Shown piece after piece: positions 55,342 through 63,459 of a DNA stretch of 64,000 nucleotides. Every line of letters starts with the position of its first letter. Positions within the stretch are counted from its first letter, which is position 1. The notes under the pieces are model-generated. The model searched no databases. It had not been told where the DNA came from and was given only the letters and a program-made list of their open reading frames with translations. The position numbers and the translations under genes are program-made. This stretch comes from Chloroflexota bacterium (GTDB lineage Bacteria; Chloroflexota; UBA11872; UBA12225; JAJDUF01). The stretch spans positions 4,081,031-4,145,030 of the forward strand of contig OZ250185.1 in the NCBI GenBank assembly GCA_965238265.1. Direction: 5' to 3'.

Positions 55342-55408
55342 GAAACAGGGCCGGAATGACGAGAACGAGGTTGGTGGAACGCACGACCATGACGAGTGGC
55401 TGAAGACT

Positions 55409-55864
55409 ATGATGAGTAGTAGACGAGCGGATGAGCTACAGGTGGGTGAGGCGTTCGCTCCGTTGGAGTTTCACGTGTCGGAGGAGATGAACGAGAACTT
55501 TCTGCACGCGGTCGAGGACTTGCATCCGCGGTATATGGAGGCGACGGCGGCCGGCCCGCCGCTGGTGCATCCGGCGCTGCTCATCAACTTCAGCAACAAC
55601 ACCCGCAGCCCCTCGTTTCATCTGCCGTCGGGTATGGCGGCCATCCACACGCACGAGGACGTGGAGCACACCGGCCCGGCGCGAGTGGGAAAGCGCTTCC
55701 GCGTGTCGTGGCGGGTGACGGGCCGGTACGAGCGGCGGGGGCGGCAGTATCAGGTGGTGGAAGCGCCGATTGTTGACGAGGACGGGGCGCTGGTGCTCAC
55801 GCGGCGGACCACCTACACCTACACGGGCGGATCTCACCCCGGGGCGGACGGACAGACGGAGTAA
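55409..55864 (+). CDS. hotdog-fold protein (MaoC dehydratase N-terminal-like subunit)
   Basis: 151 aa. LVHPALLINFSN..., GKRFRVSWRVTGRYERRGRQYQVVEAPIVDEDGALV fits a hotdog central helix plus beta-sheet layout. It is paired with a MaoC-like gene 15 nt downstream. Confidence 0.6.
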   Translation: MMSSRRADELQVGEAFAPLEFHVSEEMNENFLHAVEDLHPRYMEATAAGPPLVHPALLINFSNNTRSPSFHLPSGMAAIHTHEDVEHTGPARVGKRFRVSWRVTGRYERRGRQYQVVEAPIVDEDGALVLTRRTTYTYTGGSHPGADGQTE

Positions 55865-55878
55865 ATCGGAGCCGGATC

Positions 55879-56358
55879 ATGCAACCATTCACGCCGGACA
55901 CCGCGATTGGCTCTGAGGTGGCCGGGTCACCGAAAAAGATGACCTCGTACCGGACGTGGCTGTTCTCCGGCGGCTGGCCGCGGTTCGACGGCTGGCCGGC
56001 CAAGAACGTGCATACCGACCTGGCATTCGCCCAGCAGAGCGGGCTGCCGACGAGGGCTGCCTCCGGTGCGATGATGCAGGGCTATCTGTGCGAGCTGATG
56101 ATTGACCTCTTTGGGGAACGCTGGTTGGAGCGGGGGCTATTGAGCCTGAAGTTCATCCGCATCGTGGACGTGGGTGATACGATCACCGCGCGGGCTCGTG
56201 TGTCCGCAAGGCTGCCCGGGGCGGGCGCTGCCAGGTTTGACTTGCAGGTCTGGTGCGAGAATCAGCGCGGGGAGCACGTTGTCGTCGGCACCGGGACGGG
56301 CTGGATGGCTGAACCTGCTTCTGCCTCACCCGCTGACGGGCCAAAGCCGCACGGATAG
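55879..56358 (+). CDS. MaoC-like (R)-hydratase hotdog-fold protein
   Basis: NVHTDLAFAQQSGLPTRAASGAMMQGYL (the H.D...A..G motif region of MaoC) ...DTITARARV...VWCENQRGEHVVVGTG. The last roughly 12 codons (ASPADGPKPHG) are encoded by the family C repeat. Confidence 0.7.
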   Translation: MQPFTPDTAIGSEVAGSPKKMTSYRTWLFSGGWPRFDGWPAKNVHTDLAFAQQSGLPTRAASGAMMQGYLCELMIDLFGERWLERGLLSLKFIRIVDVGDTITARARVSARLPGAGAARFDLQVWCENQRGEHVVVGTGTGWMAEPASASPADGPKPHG

Positions 56359-56422
56359 TGCCAGGTGTGGTGCGGCTTTGGCCCATCACCCACCCCCCTC
56401 TCCACCATGTAGAGAGGGGGAG
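56325..56422. repeat. composite repeat, families C and B (copy 3 of 3)
   Basis: cctcacccgctgacgggccaaagccgcacggatagtgccaggtgtggtgcggctttggcccatcacccacccccctctccaccatgtagagagggggag. Confidence 0.9.
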
Positions 56423-56492
56423 TACGGCGGTTGGCATCACGCCCGGGACCGCTCCCTGTCAGCATGGGTGAGGGCCGGGGTGAGGGCAGTAG

Positions 56493-58988
56493 TTAGGTCC
56501 GGGTCGTTAGCCAGATGGGGCTGCTGTAGGCGATGCCCTGATGAGGCCGCGGGCAGTGACGCTGCGGCTGCTGGGTGACACGCACCCAATAGGCATGCTC
56601 GCCGGCCGGCGCCGGTTCGGCTACGTATTCGAGCTGCACCCGCGGCTCCGAGACCGTCTCGACGTGGAGCAGCCGGTCATCCCGATAAAACTCCACCGTT
56701 TCCAGCGGGCGCGAACCGCTTGCTTGGAGGCGCAAGCGCGGCGTGCCGGTAATGCTGCCCGCCTCGCCCATGGCCAACGTCTTACCGTGCGCCTCGCCCG
56801 TAGCCGAGAGGAAGACGCCCATACGCCGGCCATTCGTGGCGAACGTGCGGCGCGCCTGCAATCCGGCCAACACCGCCTCGCGCGAGCGCTCACCGGCGGG
56901 CAGCCAGAGGCCGGTCAGCCCTTGGACGAACGGCGCGGCGCGGGAATGATCGCTGGCGCCGATGACGCCGACGCGCAACCCCTGGCGCCGGAGCGACTGC
57001 ACCCACTGCGGGTACTCACCGCGCGTTTGGATGATCTCGGCGACCGGCTCATAGGCCGGACCGTAGGTGCGGGCCAGATCGTCACCGCGATGTCCCTGGT
57101 GATGACGAATGGCGACGACCTTGCCCGGTGGTAGCCACGCATCGAGCTTCGGCCACACCGCGGCCAGGTCCGGCGAGGAGAGGCAAGCCACCCGTAGATC
57201 GTGCCCCACTGCCTGATCGGCGTAGAAGAAGTTCGTGTGCCCCGGGGGAATAGCCAGCTCGAAGCCGTACAGCGCGAGCACGCGGCCACCGGTAGCGAGC
57301 TGCGCCGCCAAGTCCTCGATATGCCGCCACTCGGCATAGCTCATGTATTCCAGGTGCTCGGTGAGCGCGTAGAAATCCAGCTCGGCCACATCTTGTACCC
57401 ACTGCCAGTGATTTAGCGGGTCGCCGTCGTTGGCGGACAGGCACTTGGAGTAGGCGCTGTGCCGGTGGAGGTCACCGAAAAGCAGCGTGTACGACCGACC
57501 ACCCACCGTCGCGGTACGAGCCGGCTCGGCGGCGGCCGGTCCTACCGAGGGCGTAGCGGATAGGATTGCGGGCACGGTAGCGGGCGGATTGTCGGCGGGC
57601 GGGGCCGATGCCTGGCCGGTCAGCCGGACTTGCTCCACCACCAGGCGGTGGTTTTCGACCGGGTGCGAGGGATGTTGCGACGGCGCGCGGGTGTAGTCGC
57701 CGGCATGGTAGGCCAGCAGCCAGGAGGCACCGTCTGCTCCGGCGGGGACCATCCCGTAGGGGCTATCCGGCGCGCCGCTGGAGGTGCTCAGACGCTCCGG
57801 CGCAGCCCAGTCGTCGCCCGTATGCCGCACCGCCCAGATTGCCCAACCGAAATCCTTGAACCCGGCGCTACGAAACTGCCGGTAGAACACGACCGGTCCC
57901 GGCGGGCCGAGGCGGATGCGCGGCGCCTGCGGGTTGATGAATTCATCCTCGGTCGAGTGCCGGAACGGGATCGCGGCCACCGGGAGGCGTCCAGGCTCTC
58001 CCAGCACCGGCTGTCCGGGCGGGGGCGCGACGTTGAGGTCTCCGGCCGCGCCCGCAGTCACGATGGCAGCGTGGAGGGAGCGAATATGGTTGAAGCGGTG
58101 GTTCAGCTCACCCCAGCGCGTAGTACGGCTCCACACTACCCAGGCGCGACCGTCAGCCGCGGCGATAGCGGGCGTGAGGTGGAACGAGCCGGTTGGCGCC
58201 GGCAAGACCGGGATAGGCTTGCCCCACGTCTCTCCCGGCGGCGCATGGCAGACAAAAACCTGATAGGTCGTGCCGTCCCAAGCGGCCCAGGCGCACCACA
58301 GCCCGCCGTCGGGATCGGCGGACAGCGTAGGCGACCAGGCCGACTGCTCAACGGGCGAGAGCGGCGTTGGTTTGGACCAGCTACGAGGGTGTTCCGCGGT
58401 TGCGCCGGTCGGCCGGCTGGCAGCCATGATGCGCGGACGGGCCGCGGGGCTGCTCCCGGCTTCCGGCCACTGCTGCCAGACTGCCCAGAGCCGCCCGTCC
58501 CGGTCTACCGCCGCTTGGGGGGCGAGGAGGGCGCCGGCCACCACATGCACAACCTCCGGCCGGCCGCTGCCTACCGCCGCCATTAGGCTGCATCCGTCGT
58601 CCCGCCGCTCGGCCCAGACTACGGCCGGCGTAGCCTGTTGCGGCAGCGCCGCCAGGGCTGGTCCTTCGATGACGTGCCGGCTCTCGGCCAGCTCCCGGCC
58701 GAGTGGCGCTGCCGGGTCGCCGAGGCGGGCCAGCGAGAGCGTACACCGGGCATCGGCCGAACGGCGGCGCCAATCGGCCAGGGTCAGGCCGGGGCGCAAG
58801 GGCCATTCCTGGCGCGCATAGGTCAGCAGCGCCGGCTCCGGGTCGTGGCAGGTTGTCCACGCTACCCAAACGGTATCTCCACTCCACGCGAGATCGCCGG
58901 CCCAGCCGCCCGGCAGTTCCCGGCTGTCAGGCTGTTCGGCAAGGGACGCATCCCCTGAAGTCGCTTCCATCTCTCGGCTGCCTTTCAT
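56493..58988 (-). CDS. large two-part protein: N-terminal repeated DG.lW.vW beta-propeller-like region plus C-terminal PHP/CehA-type metal-dependent phosphoesterase-like domain
   Basis: Repeats DRDGRLWAVWQQW, DPDGGLWCAWAAW and AADGRAWVVWSRT are followed by FGDLHRHSAYSKC...DFYALTEHLE...IRHHQGH...GASDHS, which are PHP-like His/Asp metal ligands. Confidence 0.65.
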   Translation of the reverse strand: MKGSREMEATSGDASLAEQPDSRELPGGWAGDLAWSGDTVWVAWTTCHDPEPALLTYARQEWPLRPGLTLADWRRRSADARCTLSLARLGDPAAPLGRELAESRHVIEGPALAALPQQATPAVVWAERRDDGCSLMAAVGSGRPEVVHVVAGALLAPQAAVDRDGRLWAVWQQWPEAGSSPAARPRIMAASRPTGATAEHPRSWSKPTPLSPVEQSAWSPTLSADPDGGLWCAWAAWDGTTYQVFVCHAPPGETWGKPIPVLPAPTGSFHLTPAIAAADGRAWVVWSRTTRWGELNHRFNHIRSLHAAIVTAGAAGDLNVAPPPGQPVLGEPGRLPVAAIPFRHSTEDEFINPQAPRIRLGPPGPVVFYRQFRSAGFKDFGWAIWAVRHTGDDWAAPERLSTSSGAPDSPYGMVPAGADGASWLLAYHAGDYTRAPSQHPSHPVENHRLVVEQVRLTGQASAPPADNPPATVPAILSATPSVGPAAAEPARTATVGGRSYTLLFGDLHRHSAYSKCLSANDGDPLNHWQWVQDVAELDFYALTEHLEYMSYAEWRHIEDLAAQLATGGRVLALYGFELAIPPGHTNFFYADQAVGHDLRVACLSSPDLAAVWPKLDAWLPPGKVVAIRHHQGHRGDDLARTYGPAYEPVAEIIQTRGEYPQWVQSLRRQGLRVGVIGASDHSRAAPFVQGLTGLWLPAGERSREAVLAGLQARRTFATNGRRMGVFLSATGEAHGKTLAMGEAGSITGTPRLRLQASGSRPLETVEFYRDDRLLHVETVSEPRVQLEYVAEPAPAGEHAYWVRVTQQPQRHCPRPHQGIAYSSPIWLTTRT

Positions 58989-59148
58989 CGTCCCTGAGGA
59001 TACAACGAGCGGGGAGGAAGAGGCCCGATGGGAGCCATTCGATGAGCCGCCGCCATCTATAGAGGTGGACCTAAACGGAACTGGTTGCGCGGCTACGGCA
59101 AAGAGCCAGTGGGAGGTTCAAGCCGGCTGGCGGTCATTGCTACCCAGG

Positions 59149-59599
59149 TCAGGTCTCCAGAGCGGCCAAGGCGCGGGTGGCTGCTGCTGCCGAATCGGGC
59201 GCGAATTGCACGCCATACCGATAGCGCAGCGTCAACTCGCCGGTAGCGTTCCGGGCCATCAGCCCGCGCACCCGTACCAGCCGTCCCGTGATCGTCACGG
59301 TCTCCTCGTCACCGGCGCATAAGCCGGAGCCGAACTTCCGCGCCCTCGGATAGATACTGGGTGCTGGTGAACTGTAGCCCCTCGGCCGCTACTGATTCTG
59401 CCGACTCGTCCGGCCTGGACCGCAACCCGGCGCCGCCGAGACTGAGATCAATAGCCTGGACATCCGACAAGGGGGTGACGGCACCCGTTGCGCGGGATAC
59501 CACGGCGAGCTGCGCGCGATGTGCCTGATCTGCGCTGAGGCGCACGCGGACGTGCTGGCGCTGCTGGCCGCCGGGGGGAAGGGTGGTGGAATAGGCCAT
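59149..59599 (-). pseudogene. PilZ-domain protein interrupted by a frame shift near 59312..59325
   Basis: From ATG 59599 (AGGAGG 8 nt upstream) the frame reads ...QRQHVRVRL (RxxxR) ... DLSLGGAG (DxSxxG) ...GAEVRLRL and then stops at 59309. The next frame continues GDEETVTITGRLVRVRG...LRYRYGVQFAPDS...ALAALET to the stop at 59149, which is the expected PilZ C-terminus. Confidence 0.6.
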
Positions 59600-59683
59600 A
59601 GCGGGACCTCCTGCCCCTGACCGCCAGGGTAGCTTCAGGAGCCACGGCACAGCACAGGCATTGTACTCCAAGGGGCGCTCTTA

Positions 59684-59722
59684 CCTCACCCCCGGCCCCT
59701 CTCCACTCGTGGAGAGGGGGAG
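59684..59722. repeat. palindromic repeat, family B
   Basis: cctcacccccggcccctctccactcgtggagagggggag. Confidence 0.85.
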
Positions 59723-59763
59723 AAGGTCGGTGTATCTTCCGCAATTGGTTGGGACGGACGGAG

Positions 59764-60921
59764 TCAGGAGTGACCGTATTTCCGCAGCGCGTCGGGATTC
59801 AACTCGATGCCGAAGCCGGGGCGGTCCGGCAAGGTGAATACGCCGTCCACAACCTCCGGGCGGTGCAGGTACAGCTCGTCCCAGAGGGGATCGCGCTGCT
59901 TGTTGGGGAACACTTCGAGCACGTGCCCATTGGGGACCGCCGCGACGAGATGGCCGTGGATCTGCGGGTCGTGGTGCGGCGCCATGAGCACGCCATGGGC
60001 AGCGGCGTAGGCGGCCACGCGCAGCCACTCGGTCACGCCACCGGCACGTGTAGCGTCGAACTGCATGATCCGCACGCCGCCGTGCAGGATGAGGTCGCGG
60101 CACGCCCAGCGGTGCATCTCGCTCTCGCCGGAGGCCACGGGAATATCCGTTGCGCGGGCGACCTCCCCTAACCCGAACACGCTGTCGTACCAGCGCAGCG
60201 GCTCTTCCAGCCAGCGCGGCGCATACGGCTCGAACGCACGGGCGGCGCGGATGGCCTCCGGCACGTCGTAGGCGCTGTTCGCGTCGAGCATGATGTCCAC
60301 CGTTGTGCCGACGGCTGCGCGCACGGCGCGCACCCGGTCCACGTCTACGTCCAGCGGCTGTCCCCCCACTTTCATCTTGACGGCAGTGAAGCCCAGCGCA
60401 GTGTAGGAGGTCATTTCGGCGACGAGCGCATCAATGGCCGGCTCACCCTCCGGCCCGTAGTAGCCACCGCTGGCGTAGGAGGGCACGCGCGGGTTCGAGC
60501 CGCCCAGCAACGTATAGACCGGGACACCGAGGAGCTTGCCTTTGAGGTCCCACAGCGCCAGGTCTACGCCGGCTATGGCGGCCATGAGCTGCGGCCGAGC
60601 GCCGGCGCCGAAATGGGGCTGACCATGGCTGCCCGATAGGGCCGCGCCGCGGCGCGAGTGGGCGTAGAGGAACAGCTCCTCCCAGATGGCGCTATGCTCT
60701 AGCGGATCGCGCCCGCGGAGCACGGGTGCAAATACGTCTGTCAGGATGGCGCTGATCTGCTCGAGGGGGCGGCCGTGTACCTCGCCGATCCCGATAACGC
60801 CGGTATTCGTCTCGATCTCGACGACGATTTCGGACGCGGTTTGATACGGCTCCAGGCTCATCCAGTACGGCCGCGCCAGCTTGGCTGAGATCAACTGCAC
60901 GCGCAGGTCGGTGATCTTCAT
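59764..60921 (-). CDS. enolase-superfamily enzyme (mandelate racemase/muconate lactonizing family)
   Basis: MKITDLRVQLISAKLARPYWMS...VVEIETNTGVIGIGEVHG; KMKVGG; LDANSAY; LEEP; SGESE. The start at 60921 (AAGGAG upstream) is preferred over 60984. Confidence 0.9.
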   Translation of the reverse strand: MKITDLRVQLISAKLARPYWMSLEPYQTASEIVVEIETNTGVIGIGEVHGRPLEQISAILTDVFAPVLRGRDPLEHSAIWEELFLYAHSRRGAALSGSHGQPHFGAGARPQLMAAIAGVDLALWDLKGKLLGVPVYTLLGGSNPRVPSYASGGYYGPEGEPAIDALVAEMTSYTALGFTAVKMKVGGQPLDVDVDRVRAVRAAVGTTVDIMLDANSAYDVPEAIRAARAFEPYAPRWLEEPLRWYDSVFGLGEVARATDIPVASGESEMHRWACRDLILHGGVRIMQFDATRAGGVTEWLRVAAYAAAHGVLMAPHHDPQIHGHLVAAVPNGHVLEVFPNKQRDPLWDELYLHRPEVVDGVFTLPDRPGFGIELNPDALRKYGHS

Positions 60922-60971
60922 AGTCTCCTTCTTACTCATCTCGTCGTTGTGTTCGGCTCGCTGGACGGGCC

Positions 60972-61000
60972 GGGGCACCCACAAGGGACGCCCCTACGGG
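60972..61000. repeat. family F repeat
   Basis: ggggcacccacaagggacgcccctacgggg; compare 45988 and 53546. Confidence 0.7.
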
Positions 61001-61115
61001 GTTGGCGGGCGGGAGCGCGGCGGTGTCACCATGATCTTACCCCCGGTACGGGCGGCGGTGTATGCTCACCACCAAGCTGGCCTGGCCCCATATGTCTACA
61101 CGGATTGGAGGGAGC

Positions 61116-61493
61116 ATGATGATGTCCGAGAGTGCAGCAACAGGCGGTCTCGCAACGCGGCGCTGTGTGCCCTGCAGAGGGGGTGTGCCACCACTCACGC
61201 GCGCTGCCGCCGAACCATACCTGGCCGAGATTGGAAGCGCCTGGTCACTGGCCGATGACGGCACGGCAATTACCCGTTCGATCACCTTCCGCAGTTTCCA
61301 GCGGGCGATGCGCTTCATCAACGCGCTGGCCGACCTGGCGGAAGATGAAGGGCATCACCCCGATTTCTGCGTCTCGTACAAGCGCGTAGACCTGAGCGTG
61401 AGCACCCACGCTATCGGTGGCCTGTCCGAGAGCGATTTCATCCTAGCAGCGAAGACCAACCGATTGCTGGATGACCTCCGTAAAGAGGCGTAG
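61116..61493 (+). CDS. pterin-4-alpha-carbinolamine dehydratase (PCD/DCoH family)
   Basis: RRCVPCRGGVPPLT, WSLADDGTAITRSITFRSFQRAMRFINALADLAEDEGHHPDF... with the conserved HHPD motif. The start at 61116 follows GGAGGGAG. Confidence 0.85.
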   Translation: MMMSESAATGGLATRRCVPCRGGVPPLTRAAAEPYLAEIGSAWSLADDGTAITRSITFRSFQRAMRFINALADLAEDEGHHPDFCVSYKRVDLSVSTHAIGGLSESDFILAAKTNRLLDDLRKEA

Positions 61494-61628
61494 CAGCGCA
61501 AGCCATCGTCCGTGTGCTGGAGTGTCACCACTGCTGCACGGCCGGCCTATCGTGATACACTGCGATCATAGCGTGGCATCGTGCGGCAGCAATCCGCTGC
61601 GGCTATGTGCAGGTGTTGGAGTCGAGCA

Positions 61629-61940
61629 ATGGAAGCGACACACACGAACGGTCGTGACTACCGCCTGGCTGTCACGGACCCCATGGTGCGAAAGGTACTC
61701 GACGCTCTAGCCGATCCGCAGTGGGATTTTCGCTCGCCGCGGCGCATCGCCGAAACGACGGGAACGTCAGAGGAGGAAGTCCGCGCCATCTTGAAGCAGT
61801 ATCCCGAGTACGTTCAAGCATTCGACTTTCCCAATCACACCGGAGAGCCGGTCTATACTTTGCGTCATCCCGGATGGCGCCGGAGACTGCGGCAATACTG
61901 GGGGATTTTCTCCGTGTATGTTTCTCGGGAAGTGCCCTAG
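61629..61940 (+). CDS. small hypothetical protein, possible winged-helix
   Basis: MEATHTNGRDYRLAVTDPMVRKVLDALADPQWDFRSPRRIAETTGTSEEEVRAILKQYPEYV has an HTH-like layout. It is AT-richer than its flanks. The start choice is uncertain. Confidence 0.45.
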   Translation: MEATHTNGRDYRLAVTDPMVRKVLDALADPQWDFRSPRRIAETTGTSEEEVRAILKQYPEYVQAFDFPNHTGEPVYTLRHPGWRRRLRQYWGIFSVYVSREVP

Positions 61941-61955
61941 CTACCAGGATGGCAT

Positions 61956-62237
61956 ATGGCCGATTGGCAGCCTTTCGCGCTGGGGGTGCTTGGAGGCTTC
62001 ATTGCCGATTTTCTCTCGGTCTATGCGTATCGCAGAGAGAGGGTGCGCCCGCATTGGGTGACATCCTGGTTCTTCTGGCTGACGGGCCTCGGCATGTGGC
62101 TCATCGGTGGCGCGTTAGCCTGGGGCTATCACCAACAGCTCCCAGCTACCAACGTCATTCTGGCGTTACACGTGGGCGTCTCTGCCCCTCTCATTCTTCG
62201 CAAATTCACTACTCAAGGTTTGCCGGGGGTTGACTAA
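61956..62237 (+). CDS. small membrane protein (about 3 TM), hypothetical
   Basis: 93 aa. FALGVLGGFIADFLSVYAY, WFFWLTGLGMWLIGGALAWGY and ILALHVGVSAPLIL are hydrophobic segments. It lies 15 nt downstream of the previous small ORF. Confidence 0.45.
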   Translation: MADWQPFALGVLGGFIADFLSVYAYRRERVRPHWVTSWFFWLTGLGMWLIGGALAWGYHQQLPATNVILALHVGVSAPLILRKFTTQGLPGVD

Positions 62238-62355
62238 GCGTGTGGTGGCGAGGGACAAAAAAGAGTCGGCCTGTCCGGTACGGTTGAGCAGCCGGCCCAG
62301 GCAGTCCGCTGGGGCGCGTCGCCCGATCAGCGCCTTCACCGCGAGTTGGTGATGG

Positions 62356-62940
62356 CTATCGAGTTCGGTCAGGTGGATCGCCCGGCTCCACTATTAGCTC
62401 CTGTGCCAAGCGCTTGCGGTAGTGGGCGATGTCGGCATCCGAGAGGTCGGGCAAATCGGGATCGGTCGGCCGCGGAGACACGGGCAGCGCCGTGGGGGGT
62501 GGCATTGCCGACCGCGAGCGTTGGCGTTGCCGCCAGAAGCCGACTGCGCCGGCCGCGCCGACGAGCAGGACGATAACCGGCACCCACCAAGCGAGCAGCG
62601 AGAAGCCGCGCCGTGGCGGCGCGTACAGGATGGTGTCTCCGTAACGCTCGACGAAGAACTGAATGATCTCGCGGTCGGTGCGACCGGCGGCTTGCTGCTC
62701 GCGGATCACCGCCCGCATTTGGGCCGCCAGCTCGGCATTGGACTCGGCGACCGACTGATGGTCACACACCACGCAGCGCAGCTGACTGGCCACGCGCCGC
62801 ACGTCGGCTGCGCTACTTTGCCCGGCAACCGGCGCCGGCCAGGCCAGCCAGAGGGCAACGAACGCTGCCGCAGCGGCCACTGCCCACCACCAGCGCCGCC
62901 GTCGCTCGGAGGACAGATATTGACTGCGGAGGAGCATCAT
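62356..62940 (-). CDS. ccmH: cytochrome c-type biogenesis protein CcmH/NrfF family
   Basis: Signal/TM, then LRCVVCDHQSVAESNAELAAQMRAVIREQQAAGRTDREIIQFFVERYGDTILYAPP (LRCxxC motif), then a second TM. Start at the MM at 62940. Confidence 0.85.
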   Translation of the reverse strand: MMLLRSQYLSSERRRRWWWAVAAAAAFVALWLAWPAPVAGQSSAADVRRVASQLRCVVCDHQSVAESNAELAAQMRAVIREQQAAGRTDREIIQFFVERYGDTILYAPPRRGFSLLAWWVPVIVLLVGAAGAVGFWRQRQRSRSAMPPPTALPVSPRPTDPDLPDLSDADIAHYRKRLAQELIVEPGDPPDRTR

Positions 62941-63021
62941 GGCGCTTCGGACCCTGCTGCGAACATGCGGCGCGTGCCTCGCCGGTGCAGCCAAGGTGTA
63001 CCACGCCGGGGGCCGGGGAGG

Positions 63022-63459
63022 CTACTCGGCACGCAGACGGCTGTGGCCTCTATTCGCCGGCGAACGGGGTGGAGCGATGATCTCGCATGTGGGACCGCTG
63101 GCCCGGTCGAGCCTCCGGTCAAGGGTTGCCAGCGGGCAATCGAGCGCCTCGGCCAGTGCCACGTACCAAGCATCGTAGCTCGTCAGATTGCCGCGCAACG
63201 CCCATACCCGCTCGGCAAAAGGTGCGAACGGAAATAGCTCTATGTCGAGGCGCAGCAGATCGCCGTGGGCACTGGTAGCCTCTAGCCGTGAGATTTGGCC
63301 GGATCGCTCCAAGCGGCGCAGTACGTTACTGACCTCGGCTAAGGCCAATTCCGGACCAGCCAAGTCGCCCGCAGCGATTACGGATTCCGCCCACTTACCT
63401 TCTCGCCCGGAGTCGATCAAAGCCGCGACGAGCACCGATGCATCAACTACAACGGTCAT
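63022..63459 (-). CDS. vapC: PIN-domain toxin (VapC)
   Basis: MTVVVDASVLVAALIDS... (first PIN Asp), ...SYDAWYVALAEALDCPLATLD (distal acidic residues). It has a 4-nt overlap with the upstream antitoxin. Confidence 0.9.
   Translation of the reverse strand: MTVVVDASVLVAALIDSGREGKWAESVIAAGDLAGPELALAEVSNVLRRLERSGQISRLEATSAHGDLLRLDIELFPFAPFAERVWALRGNLTSYDAWYVALAEALDCPLATLDRRLDRASGPTCEIIAPPRSPANRGHSRLRAE

Noticed and set aside
50065-56422. Whether the abundant short repeats form a CRISPR array
   Set aside because: The repeats belong to several different families and are themselves long palindromes. They are irregularly spaced, from tens of bp to kb, are separated by genes rather than uniform spacers, and no cas genes are present.
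62257-62300. Intrinsic terminator for ccmH (T6 run on the minus strand)
   Set aside because: The preceding hairpin is weak and interrupted, with only GGCC/GGCC and CCGG pairings. Not convincing.
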